NCBI GenBank assembly: GCA_964019425.1
Contig: OZ025784.1
Span: 1,116,001 to 1,180,000 of the forward strand
DNA length: 64,000 bases
DNA from: Flectonema sp. DT1601
Lineage: Eukaryota
Direction of reading: 5' to 3'
A model generated the notes under the pieces. That model was not told where the DNA came from, made no database searches, and was given only the letters and a program-made list of their open reading frames with translations. Below are positions 9,130 to 19,560 of the stretch, one piece after another. A program made the position numbers and the translations under genes. Numbering within the stretch: the stretch's first letter is position 1; each line of letters opens with the position of its first letter.

Positions 9130-12100
9130 TCAATCGATCCATGGACGGGCTTGCTTGATCTCAAGGTGACCACGTGAACCATCTGTAGTTCTGGTTATCT
9201 TAAATTCTATATCAATAGCGAACGTGTCATCTCCGTTGTAGATTGGCTTGAAGTGAACCTGAACCTTAGCCATGGCCACACGAAGCTCAACAACCTCCGC
9301 ATCAGTCAACACGTTAACTGTTGACACAGGAACTCCGTAGACAGTCTCAACGTTTGAGTGGCGCATGTACTGCTGAATCCATTGGTATTCAATGTTTCCG
9401 TTGGCATCATTTCCAAGCACTTCAGCCAACAAGAACTCATCTGGAATCGAGTTCACTGTCTCTCCACCAACAACAATCGGTTCAGGGTTAGTAACAGAGA
9501 TCTCTCCGTACTGGGCGTTGATGTAGTGACCGTTTGTACCCTGCTGGTAAACATTCTTCGTTACACCAACTCCGTTTACTTGTTCATCACCGTAGCTCTC
9601 ATGTGCGAGGACTCCCATGTAAGTCTTGAAGTGATCAATTCTGTAGAAGTCGCGTTCCTCATATGCACGGAATGTCCAAAGTCCTGCCCACACCTTCTTA
9701 GCTGATTTACTGATATCTCCTTCATCAGGGTCGTGGGTTGTGGATTCATACAAACCAGCTCCATTGAAACCAGCAAGATCCTCATTGTTAGTACTCGATC
9801 TCAAGCGCACAGAACGGAGCATTGTTCCATCGGCCTCTGCCCACCACTGGTGCATGGCGTTCAGCTTCGTGTCAATAGCAGCAGGAACCTCTCCCTTCTT
9901 TACTTCCTTACGAAAGTCCTTCAGCATATCGTCACGAGTCTCAGCATCACTCAAGAAGTCAGCATCAGTCATTATTGCCTGGATCTGTTCGTTAAATGAT
10001 TTTCCAGCTGGATCGTTAGCATCTGCGCACAGATCACGGAACTCACCATTAGGCACAGAGTTACCCATGTCATCAACGTCAGCTCCCTCGCAACGTTTTA
10101 CCTTCATGTACTCGTCGTATACAGAGAAAGGGATGGCGTATCCGTCAGGAACTTGTGAACGTTCAAGCACCTTGGCAAGTTCCGCAACGTTTGCCGCCTT
10201 GGCACCGTAACGAATCCAATCAGCGTTAGCGATAGCAGTCAATCGGATTGGGTCTGTTACTGTCAAGTCTGATAGTGGGGTCTGTGAAGTAGCAGGGCGT
10301 ACACTTTCTAACCAGGCATCAGCCTCCGCTTGTGTCGCTTCGCGAAGTTCGTAGCCATCAGCGCGCACTACGTACTGAACTACCTTTCCAACGAGTGCGA
10401 GAATCTCTGCTTTGCCTGACGCACCCTTGATGTACGCATTTGGCATGTTGTTCTGCTTCGCCTTCAAATTAATGTGCGACAGTGGAGTCTGAGGCTCGTC
10501 AGTAATAATTCCTCCGACATGAGAGAGATCGTTTGGGATCGCCTTAAAGATAACGACGTCACGTACTGAGAATGTCTCAGATCCGGTTTCAATCACACGG
10601 AGGGTTCCGTATCCCTCTCCCAGGTTGAGTGGTGAGAAAGTTACGCTACCAAATAGCTCTTCACTCATAATAACAGGGACATTGTTAGTCTCAAAGGTTA
10701 GCTTGTTGTCGTTGTAGATAGTAATTTGAGTTGGTCCGGCAGGGTAGTGCACGAGTCTTCCTGCTGCCTCTGCGAAGTGACTTTCGATGAGTTGAAAAGC
10801 CTTTATAGTCAACGCAGCTGATACCGGGTCAGTAGGCCAGAACTCAACTGTGTACAGTCCCTGAGTACCAGATTCCGATGTGTAGCTGTCATGAGCAATC
10901 ATAGTTCCGGCGATGTTCTTTCTCGTGTCCCAAAAGTATGAGTCGTCGTTCCACTGGGTGTTGCTGGAGTACGCACCAAGAGAATCTCTCACAAAGTAGA
11001 AGTGGAATTCGAACTTCTGGGTGTTCATAAAGTACAGCGATGGTGTGGCGGTGTTGATGTTTAGAATTACGAATTTCACTTCCAACACCTCCAGAGCACC
11101 CGGAACGTTGTTTCTGGCAGCGAGGCTCTCGAATTCCACACGGTTGTTAAGATCAGTGCGGTAGTCAACCGGAAGCAAGTCTGCGCAGGACCAGGTTAAC
11201 TCGAATCCTCCTCGGGTTACGCTACCATCAGAAGTGAATCTCATGTAGATTCCCTCTTGTCCGTCAGCTACGGTGTCTGAAGGAGATGATGTACCAGATT
11301 TATCACTCAACAGTGCAGTCGATCCAATCACACCTCCATTTACTGGAAATACGTTCACCATATCATACCCGCTTTCGGTGTTGAATGCTGACCACTGAAG
11401 TACTGTGTATTGCTTTGATGGGCAACTGAAGAACCAGCAAGTGTTTTCATTGTTTGCGTAACTTGCAGTTCCAGTAGGATAGTCTAATGATCCTGGAGTA
11501 TCGAGGATTGTGGAGGCAGAGCAGCTGGATGGAAATGTGAATGTTGGTGCTTGGGTTGGAGGAGATGGTGTAGCTGGTGTTGACACTCCGCAAGACCACT
11601 GAACTGTAAATCCGTTTTCGTTAACATACTCATCAGACTTGAACTCGATGATTGCTCCATCAGCACTCGAGTAAGTGGCGCTGGCTGGAACAGCAGTTCC
11701 TGAGGTTTTCAGTACTTCCGTTCTCGCGAAGTTGCTGACAGTCGACACGGTAACGAAGTCGTAGTCCAATTCAGTGTCGAGCTGGCTCCAAGTTAAAGTC
11801 AAATCATTGCTGCATGGAATGTACCAGCAGGGACTTTGCAAGCTTACGTAAGGACCGTAAGCAATCGTACCACTTGTTGTGTCCTTTACTTCTTCACTCG
11901 AGCACAGGGGAGGGAATTCGCTAGCAACAGCACCACTGCAAGTCCACGAAACTGTGAAACCAGTTCCGCTTACAGCGGCATCGGAGTCCAGAAGCATGTA
12001 AGCACCATCTCCTCCATTAACATTGCTAGTTGTTGGAGTAGTCAGAGCAGCTGAGCGAAATACTTGTGCACCAACAGCGTAGTTCTCAACCTTGGCAAGG

Positions 12101-12330
12101 GTCAAGTAGTCATATGTTGGCTCCAAATCAAATGACGAAAACTGAAGTGAGAGGTCCCCTCCACGGCACTGAACGAACCAGCAAAGTTTAACATCAGCGC
12201 CATAACTTGATTGTGTGATAGTTCCCGTTGCGTCAGTCTTCACGACACGTGTCGCATGATCACAATCACTTGGAAACTGGAATCCAGCAGCCGTCGCTAC
12301 CAGACCCAGAAGGGCCGCATACCGCGTCAT
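9130..12330 (-). CDS. Secreted 3xCUB + phosphohistidine domain + PPDK/PEP-synthase nucleotide-binding (ATP-grasp) dikinase-like protein
   Basis: Signal peptide MTRYAALLGLVATAAG; three CUB repeats (C.W...FDLE..YDYL...F.SD.SV...GF...W.C); GGIITDEPQTPLSH swivel motif; YGAKAANVAEL, VPDGYAIP, RSSTNNEDLAGFNGAGLYES, DIEFK and QARP motifs of the PPDK_N family. Confidence 0.9.
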   Translation of the reverse strand: MTRYAALLGLVATAAGFQFPSDCDHATRVVKTDATGTITQSSYGADVKLCWFVQCRGGDLSLQFSSFDLEPTYDYLTLAKVENYAVGAQVFRSAALTTPTTSNVNGGDGAYMLLDSDAAVSGTGFTVSWTCSGAVASEFPPLCSSEEVKDTTSGTIAYGPYVSLQSPCWYIPCSNDLTLTWSQLDTELDYDFVTVSTVSNFARTEVLKTSGTAVPASATYSSADGAIIEFKSDEYVNENGFTVQWSCGVSTPATPSPPTQAPTFTFPSSCSASTILDTPGSLDYPTGTASYANNENTCWFFSCPSKQYTVLQWSAFNTESGYDMVNVFPVNGGVIGSTALLSDKSGTSSPSDTVADGQEGIYMRFTSDGSVTRGGFELTWSCADLLPVDYRTDLNNRVEFESLAARNNVPGALEVLEVKFVILNINTATPSLYFMNTQKFEFHFYFVRDSLGAYSSNTQWNDDSYFWDTRKNIAGTMIAHDSYTSESGTQGLYTVEFWPTDPVSAALTIKAFQLIESHFAEAAGRLVHYPAGPTQITIYNDNKLTFETNNVPVIMSEELFGSVTFSPLNLGEGYGTLRVIETGSETFSVRDVVIFKAIPNDLSHVGGIITDEPQTPLSHINLKAKQNNMPNAYIKGASGKAEILALVGKVVQYVVRADGYELREATQAEADAWLESVRPATSQTPLSDLTVTDPIRLTAIANADWIRYGAKAANVAELAKVLERSQVPDGYAIPFSVYDEYMKVKRCEGADVDDMGNSVPNGEFRDLCADANDPAGKSFNEQIQAIMTDADFLSDAETRDDMLKDFRKEVKKGEVPAAIDTKLNAMHQWWAEADGTMLRSVRLRSSTNNEDLAGFNGAGLYESTTHDPDEGDISKSAKKVWAGLWTFRAYEERDFYRIDHFKTYMGVLAHESYGDEQVNGVGVTKNVYQQGTNGHYINAQYGEISVTNPEPIVVGGETVNSIPDEFLLAEVLGNDANGNIEYQWIQQYMRHSNVETVYGVPVSTVNVLTDAEVVELRVAMAKVQVHFKPIYNGDDTFAIDIEFKITRTTDGSRGHLEIKQARPWID

Positions 12331-14217
12331 TATTTTAATATAGTTCGAAACAATCTGAAGAATAGAACTGATTACTCGTAGTCAGCCATCAAAATATATT
12401 CATCAGAGACACTGACTGCTTAACTAAAGGAACTGTGCTGGGTACTCCTGTTAAATGTAGAGGAAAGTGTTTGAATAATAACATAATTTAATCCTGTTGC
12501 AAACGTGTTCTGGGCTTTATACGCCTTACTTTTCGCATTATCAACACCAATGAATAGTGTGACGGGAACGGGTATAAGGAACTTACTTCGACTTGTGGTC
12601 AACAGTGACTCCTAACAATATTGAACTCTATGTAGCAGCTCTACTTTGGGATGTGGATCTTTTTTTTCTTTCTTTTTTTTTTTCTTCTTTTTTTCTTATT
12701 ACCATGGATCATTATTTAATCAAAGAATCACAATGAAGACAATCCGGCTGCTAAATTTCGATTTAGTTTTTTTCTCCTGACTGAGGTAATTGTCTACATC
12801 AGACCACAACAATGATTTAATGCACAAAAGTGTATACCACACTTTTGAGAACAAATAAAGGAAAGCGATGCGAAAAACAAAAAAAATAAGAATCAGGAAC
12901 TTTCGTATGTCAGGAGTACGTACCACCATAAGTTAGACAGCTAGAGAAATCCAGAACTTATGACTGCGGGAGATTTGGGTAACCCAAATCAATCGCGGAG
13001 ATCGTGTTTTTATACGCTACAAAAGCTCTATTACTGTATCCAACCTTTCTTTTTTTTTTTTTTTTTGGTAGAAAATTCTTCTTTGCTGATGGAGTTCGGA
13101 GGCGTCTAAAATAACAAAAAAAAAAAAAAAGAGAAGAAGAAAAAAGAGAAATACGTGCGCGGCTTCTATTAAATGCATAAGACACTTGTAGTCGGAAAAA
13201 CTCTGTTGAAAAAGTTTGACAACCACAACTCTGCTGAACTACGCTAGACAACCTACTCTAATTAAAGAAAAAATAATACTCAAAACCATATAGAAAATAG
13301 TACTAACGCTGTTTGTGTACAAAACAGGGTGCGGCCCTTTTCCGATATTAGGCACCCTCGACAATAATTTATTGGTCGACTCCCGTTGTGTCTAATTTCG
13401 ATATGTTGTGTTTTTTTTTTTTTAATATTGTTAAAATGCAAGGAAAAGGAAAAAAAAATAGAAAAAGAACCAAAGGGGGGGGGAAAACTTTTTTTTTTTT
13501 GGTTGCAATAATAACGCAGATCTCAAAGTGAAAGCATCATTGCGATGCCTTCTTTTTCCTCAGATTACTGACGCATTTTGAAAAGAAACAACCACACGGC
13601 AAATACTAAGATGAGTAGAGAAGACAAAAAAAGAACAATCTTAAATGTCAAGCATAAATTTTTATTTATTTCTTTTCTTTTTTTTTTTTTTTAAAGTTAG
13701 GGAAGCTCCAGAATGTGAGAACCAGTCACCCCTGTGAGTCTGACCGACTACGAGAAACAATACATGAAGTAAACAGCTACTAAGTCAGACGGTATTTTTA
13801 GATCGTATGACAAATTCCAATTCTAAGAGATTGAAAAAGATAACATAAAAAACAAATACTAATAAAACACTCTTCGTGTTTCTTTTGGTTTTTTTTTTTT
13901 TTTTTTTTTTGTGGTATTGTGAATAGAGAATTAAATCTGAATTCCAAATCATTCTTTTTTTTTTTTTTTTTTTTTTAAAGTTTTAAAAGAAAGAATAACA
14001 CAAATCAACTTAAGTTGGGCAGACTTACAGTTAAGTAACTACGACTTGGGGGGATGTAATTTAAAAAAAAAAAAAAAAAAAACGAAACCAAAAATAACTT
14101 TCAATAAAAATAACGTGGGGGTGAAAAAAAAAATAATTAAATAAATAAACCAAAACTAAATATGTTTGCAGGAAAAAACTAACACAAAAAAACAAACCCA
14201 AAACAAAAAATTACGAG

Positions 14218-14540
14218 TTGAACCCACCAGCGTCTAACCAGATCTCGGCCGACAAGGTGGAGTGGTACTGTGTGAATAGAAATACTCAGATAGAGAAGAA
14301 AAAATAATGGGAGGACTTTAATTCAGACGAATACAGAAAACGAAAATAGATAACTAACTTCAGCAACACACATGACCCACTTATGTTACCAAAACTTGTT
14401 AAGTAAAGCAACCTATTCTAATATTATTTGAACTCCTATTAATTGTTGATAACAACATTCACATTGAGTTGTCTTTCTTATGGTTGTTTTTTTTTTCTTT
14501 TTTTTTTTTTTTTTTTTGCTCTTTTTTTTTTTTAAATTTT
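14218..14540. repeat. Dispersed repeat, copy B (copy A at ~20-455)
   Basis: Near-identical ~97-bp block shared with 289-385, plus flanking similarity. Confidence 0.85.
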
Positions 14541-14998
14541 AGATGACAGCACAGATGTCCCTTCACCTAAGAGAATAGTCGCAATGCACTGTCACTAACA
14601 AAGAAACAATGAAAATGAACAATAAAAAAAAATAAAAAAAACATTAAAAAAAAAAATGAGGCGGGAAATCGTTTGAACACCAAGTCGCAACAGCAGCTGG
14701 GTGGCTGAGACTTTCTCTGTGAGTAAGCGCAAGTTGTAAACCAATTAGGGTTTCTTTTTTTTTTATATGATGTAAATTTAATATTACATCAATGAGAAGA
14801 AGTGTTTATGTTGCCTGCTTAACTCACACTTCCAGTTCCTGTTGTTGCCATGCCTTGATGTTGATTTCTTTAAAAAAAAAGATTTAGAGGCCAAAATTTC
14901 AGAGATCTGGGGTTTTTCTCTTTTCTTTCTCATTTCCTCGTTTCTCCCATCTACGTTACAAAAGCTCGTTAAACTAGCTCGGGAACAACAGAAATACG

Positions 14999-15029
<31 letters not shown>

Positions 15030-15752
15030 GAGCCTCTGAGTCAAGTGCTGCCAGGAAACTTGTGCTCCGGGAAGTACCTTCGTTCGAGCAGCACGAAAAG
15101 TGAGAAATCTTTCTCGGCAAGACGAGAAAATCATGCTTGTTGGTGTAGAAAGTGAACCCAAACAAAGTTCTTGGGACCTCTGGAAATATAAGCAAGAATT
15201 CACTTTCTTTCAAAGAAAAATATATCTGTTTCTTTTTTTTTTTTTTTATTGTGCAATGGGTCCCATCTTGCGTTTCACAATGACTTCGTCCTGCCTACAG
15301 AAATTAAAGTCGCACCTTTGAAGCACACTCTGAATTAATATTGCTTCTGTTAATCGCAAGGTAATTTTTTCCTTCTCTTTTTCTTTTTTTTTTCCCCACA
15401 CAAAAAAACAATTGAGCTGCGCAGTTAGCTTTTCTTGTACGCATTACTGCGTACAAAAAGCAACACGATTTTTCTAAAAAAAAGAATTTCTGAAAAAACG
15501 GAATAGTTCGTATCAACAAAATTACTTATTATTTGGCTGCGTTAGTATTCACTTGTTTGATACTAAAAAAGAAAAACCTTTTTGGGATTCTTTTAACTTA
15601 TGATAAAATACGAAATGTGTTTTCTTTAATGTCAGTAAAATATGATACAAAAAATCCTCTTTTTTTGCACTCCACTTTGAGTCTTTACCGCTAAAAGCAA
15701 GACGGGTAGGGTTGTTTCCTCCCCTCTCTCTCTACTCATCTAGATTACATTA

Positions 15753-18700
15753 TCACATCACAGAAGGAAGTGGTGGTGACTTTCCTATAGAAGCAATGCA
15801 TGCTTTTGGTGATGTTCCAGCTGGTTGGTACATAGTTGATAATCTTCTTATTCCTTTTATGGCAGAACCACTGACGCTGTTAACCTGATTACGGTACTCA
15901 GATAGTTGTGTGTTCCACATTGCGAGATTTCCTCTCATATTTTGAACCCAATTTTGCATTGAAGGAAACTTCTGTGCCACTGCAGTGAAGTGTTTCATAC
16001 CAAGACTCTCAATAAATCCAATTTGACCTTGAGCAAGGGCAGCTTCCCTTTCACGATCGAACATAGGAGCAACACTCGATGCTCCAAGTTGCTTTTCTCT
16101 ATCACCTTGACAGTAGAATTCCTCAGTTACAGCGACTGCCCATCTTTTTGAAATCGCGAACGGTTTTGTGATGTTTGAAATATCTGCGCTTTTTAACAAC
16201 AATTTCATTAACAGTCCTCTGTGATCATCGTTACTTTTATCAAAAACAGTAACACTCTCAAGAGAGTCGTGAAGTTCCTTATGTCTGGCCATGTCAGTAC
16301 ACAAAATTGAATTTATCATTATTTTATAAGCATTTTTTTGATCATCAGGACTGAGCGATGCGAATATGTCATAGTCAGTATGAGCCAGAATATCAATTGC
16401 TTTGTTGCAATGATGAACTTCTAATACACTTGTTGAACCAGTGCTGGATGATAGTATTCCCATTGGGGTTTCAGTTTTGTAGTGAAAACTGTTATTGAGT
16501 CCCATGTGATCAACGTCGTGTACTACAGCCGTCAGTAAGATTGTCAGTTTCTCAATTTCAGTTAGGTATTCTCCAAGTTTATTATTAATTAAATAACAGT
16601 AAACAGTGTGACAAGTATCAGCAGCGTGACAAAAATTATGATAATGAACCTTTCTGTAGTTAAGCCTAACGACAACTAAGAATCTAAGAAGAACCTCTTC
16701 ATCTATTTTAAGGATTCTCAAGGCGTCTAAGCTTTGCAATAATTCCAACAGCACTAAAATAACCTTATTTGGTGCTGATGATCTCAAGGACAAGATATCG
16801 AAGTCAGATTCTTTACATCCACGACGTTCTTCATCAGTAAGTGATAACTCTTTAAATGGAGCTATGTCTTCTGAAGTACATTTATTAAAAGAACCGCTTC
16901 CACTACCAGCTGTACCGTCTTGTTGCCCAGCGAGTAGTACCATCGCATTGTCTCTGGCAGAAACAGCAAATTGGAATGTTGTGTTATTGTAAAGGCAGAT
17001 ACCAACAAACTTAGAGAAGTCTACAATGATGTCAACGTCTTCACAGGTGAAATCAGAATTTTCTTTAATAAGTTCCAACACTGCGACGACATCTTTATCA
17101 TAGTAAACAGGACAACACAGAATTGATTTATCTCTTTCAATTCCTCGAGAGATAGTCTTCGGGACTCCAGTCATAGAAACCGTTCCAGCGATTCCACTGC
17201 CGCAGGCAATGACGACACGATCTTCATCAGCTGAATAAATATGATTCTTCTCTTTATCAACCAGGTACAGAGTACAGTTACTACAGGGAACAATTTCACG
17301 AGCTCCTTCGATAATATTACTCGAGACCGTCTGATTAGCTCGTTGTACCTCACTGTGAACAATTGATAATCTCCCAACAGAAACTAACATTTGTTCAGCA
17401 CGAAGTGAAGCATGTCGAAGCATCTTTTGTTGTTTAATATTTCTCAGAGTAACTCCCAGATAGATCGTGAATCCTTGTAGTAAATCTAAATCTTCTGTGG
17501 TGAATCCCCTGTCTTCATTCTTATCAGATAGTACAGCAACACCTACTACAGTATTTTCATACAAAACAGGACAAGATAAGACCTCGTCTGTGTGGATTGG
17601 TTTTGAAGTCGAGAGTACTCTTTCAGCTGATTTTCGATGTTTCTTCCTCTGCGAAGCACTCAAAACAGAATTTAAATCAGGTTGCACTTCAGGTATCTTC
17701 TTTGGTGGAAATTCAAACACCGGATTAACTGCTGGGGATACCGTCGCGGGAGATTTTCTACCGCTACTACTCGCGTCAATGGTACTGACATTATTCCCGA
17801 ATGAGTTACGGGGTGTCGATACTAAAGAGTTGACCTTAAACTGTCTATGAGTTGATAATTCAGTTCCCTTTGGTGTTAGTGATGGTGACTTTTGATTTGG
17901 TTCTGATCCAGGTGATGGAGGGAACTTATAAGGAGTGTATTCAGCGTGTAAACATGGTGATAAATGACGTGGATCCTTTCCATTACCAACTGAGAATGGA
18001 AACTGACCACTTGATCTGCGTGGTTCTCGTGTAGTTAGAAAAGGAGATTTCGTTGGGTCAAGATCATCTTCTAACTTTCCATTCTGATCAACTGTAAAAA
18101 GAGAATAGCAAGTTGCTTTTGTAAGTTGTTTTGCTGTTGAAACAATAGTATCTAACAGTGACTGGTCATGTTTTTCAAAGTCGGTTGAAGCGATCAGAGT
18201 TGCTATCTTGAGCATCTCTGCAGCAAGTTTTTGTTGTTTTCTTGCCATCACATCTAACATACCACATCGTAGAAGAAGTGATGTTATCATTGCAACTGCT
18301 TCAGCTAACTGCGTATCCGATTCAGTAAATCCTGGACCTGAACGTTTGTTAACAAGTTTTAAGGCACCTATTGCTTCAGAGTCTCTAATTATAGGAACAG
18401 TTAAAAGAGATTTTATTGCTTCGTCTTCCTGCTCGCTGCATAAGAACACGCCTTTTACTGCATTTGCTGAGCGGTAGTTCGTGGTGTCACCGTGAAAAGC
18501 TGCATTTCCAACTGAGCTGGACTCTTTTTCTCCAACCTTTTCAGATCGAAGTTCAGCTAAGTCCTCAACTTTGGTTCCCGAGGGATCTTTTATCCAGAGC
18601 TCACACTTTTCAGCGTCGATGAGTTGGGCAGTTCTGCTTTTGATATATTGATATTTGTAATCTATGGATTCTGCTGGGATGCTAGCCAGTTCTATTATGA

Positions 18701-19265
18701 GAGCTAGAAGCATTTCATGAATAGCTTTACTCTTTAATTGACCTTTGAATAGTAATCGTTTGCAGACCATCGCTGAAGTGATAGCAGCTTGCTTTCGTTT
18801 TACACTTGTCACCGAAGATGAAACTTCTTGTGATGAAGATTGTGTTGAATTCGTTTGCTGAGTACTTAGCATGCTATCAAAACCAGGTCCATTTTGTAAT
18901 AAAAACTTATTAGAAGTTGGTGAATGAGGCAATTCATTAAAAGACGTGTTTGGAGTTATCGTCGATGCCTTGGCTGTGTCAGATCCTGTTGAGCATCGTC
19001 TACCCTTCTTGTGGATCGATCCAGCTAATCGGGTTGCTATTTCTAACTCATCTGCTGTCATTTCAGAAGTATTTTCTATTAATGACAAGCATTTTTCTAA
19101 AGTTTTTTTTAATAAATCTGCTTTTGGACTTTCTAAAGAACGCAATGCCTGTGGTCTTCTTCTCAACGCCATTCTACTGTTAGTTCTCGAGCTTGGAGAA
19201 CTTCCGTTACTTTGGGGGGTTCTCAACCCGGTGAGTGAGTTCCTTCGACAAGAGTCTCTTGCCAT
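15753..19265 (-). CDS. GAF-domain class I 3',5'-cyclic nucleotide phosphodiesterase
   Basis: HNFCHAAD, HDVDHMG.NN, LEVHH, TDMARH, ADISN, EEFY.QGD.E and Q.GFI catalytic motifs; upstream GAF segments (NKRSG.GFTESD, DKNEDRGFTTED). Confidence 0.95.
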   Translation of the reverse strand: MARDSCRRNSLTGLRTPQSNGSSPSSRTNSRMALRRRPQALRSLESPKADLLKKTLEKCLSLIENTSEMTADELEIATRLAGSIHKKGRRCSTGSDTAKASTITPNTSFNELPHSPTSNKFLLQNGPGFDSMLSTQQTNSTQSSSQEVSSSVTSVKRKQAAITSAMVCKRLLFKGQLKSKAIHEMLLALIIELASIPAESIDYKYQYIKSRTAQLIDAEKCELWIKDPSGTKVEDLAELRSEKVGEKESSSVGNAAFHGDTTNYRSANAVKGVFLCSEQEDEAIKSLLTVPIIRDSEAIGALKLVNKRSGPGFTESDTQLAEAVAMITSLLLRCGMLDVMARKQQKLAAEMLKIATLIASTDFEKHDQSLLDTIVSTAKQLTKATCYSLFTVDQNGKLEDDLDPTKSPFLTTREPRRSSGQFPFSVGNGKDPRHLSPCLHAEYTPYKFPPSPGSEPNQKSPSLTPKGTELSTHRQFKVNSLVSTPRNSFGNNVSTIDASSSGRKSPATVSPAVNPVFEFPPKKIPEVQPDLNSVLSASQRKKHRKSAERVLSTSKPIHTDEVLSCPVLYENTVVGVAVLSDKNEDRGFTTEDLDLLQGFTIYLGVTLRNIKQQKMLRHASLRAEQMLVSVGRLSIVHSEVQRANQTVSSNIIEGAREIVPCSNCTLYLVDKEKNHIYSADEDRVVIACGSGIAGTVSMTGVPKTISRGIERDKSILCCPVYYDKDVVAVLELIKENSDFTCEDVDIIVDFSKFVGICLYNNTTFQFAVSARDNAMVLLAGQQDGTAGSGSGSFNKCTSEDIAPFKELSLTDEERRGCKESDFDILSLRSSAPNKVILVLLELLQSLDALRILKIDEEVLLRFLVVVRLNYRKVHYHNFCHAADTCHTVYCYLINNKLGEYLTEIEKLTILLTAVVHDVDHMGLNNSFHYKTETPMGILSSSTGSTSVLEVHHCNKAIDILAHTDYDIFASLSPDDQKNAYKIMINSILCTDMARHKELHDSLESVTVFDKSNDDHRGLLMKLLLKSADISNITKPFAISKRWAVAVTEEFYCQGDREKQLGASSVAPMFDREREAALAQGQIGFIESLGMKHFTAVAQKFPSMQNWVQNMRGNLAMWNTQLSEYRNQVNSVSGSAIKGIRRLSTMYQPAGTSPKACIASIGKSPPLPSVM

Positions 19266-19560
19266 TGTCCACCAACCCCCACCCCAAACCTGAATTAGAA
19301 ATTAATTTATATAAAAAAAAAAATTTAAATTTAGAACAACAATGCAGTTATTTACTTGAATCAATCGATATCGGAAAAAAAAAAAAAAAAAAAGAAGAAA
19401 TACAAAACAAAGCAGAGCAAAAAAAAGGCTGTGTGTGTACAGCAGCGTTTGGTAATTGAACGGCTGCTAAAAAAAATAATCAACACAAAAAAAGAAAGTT
19501 GTCCGTGTAATCGGTCAACAACGAGTAGTTATTAGAATCTATTTTCTTATTATTACCATT

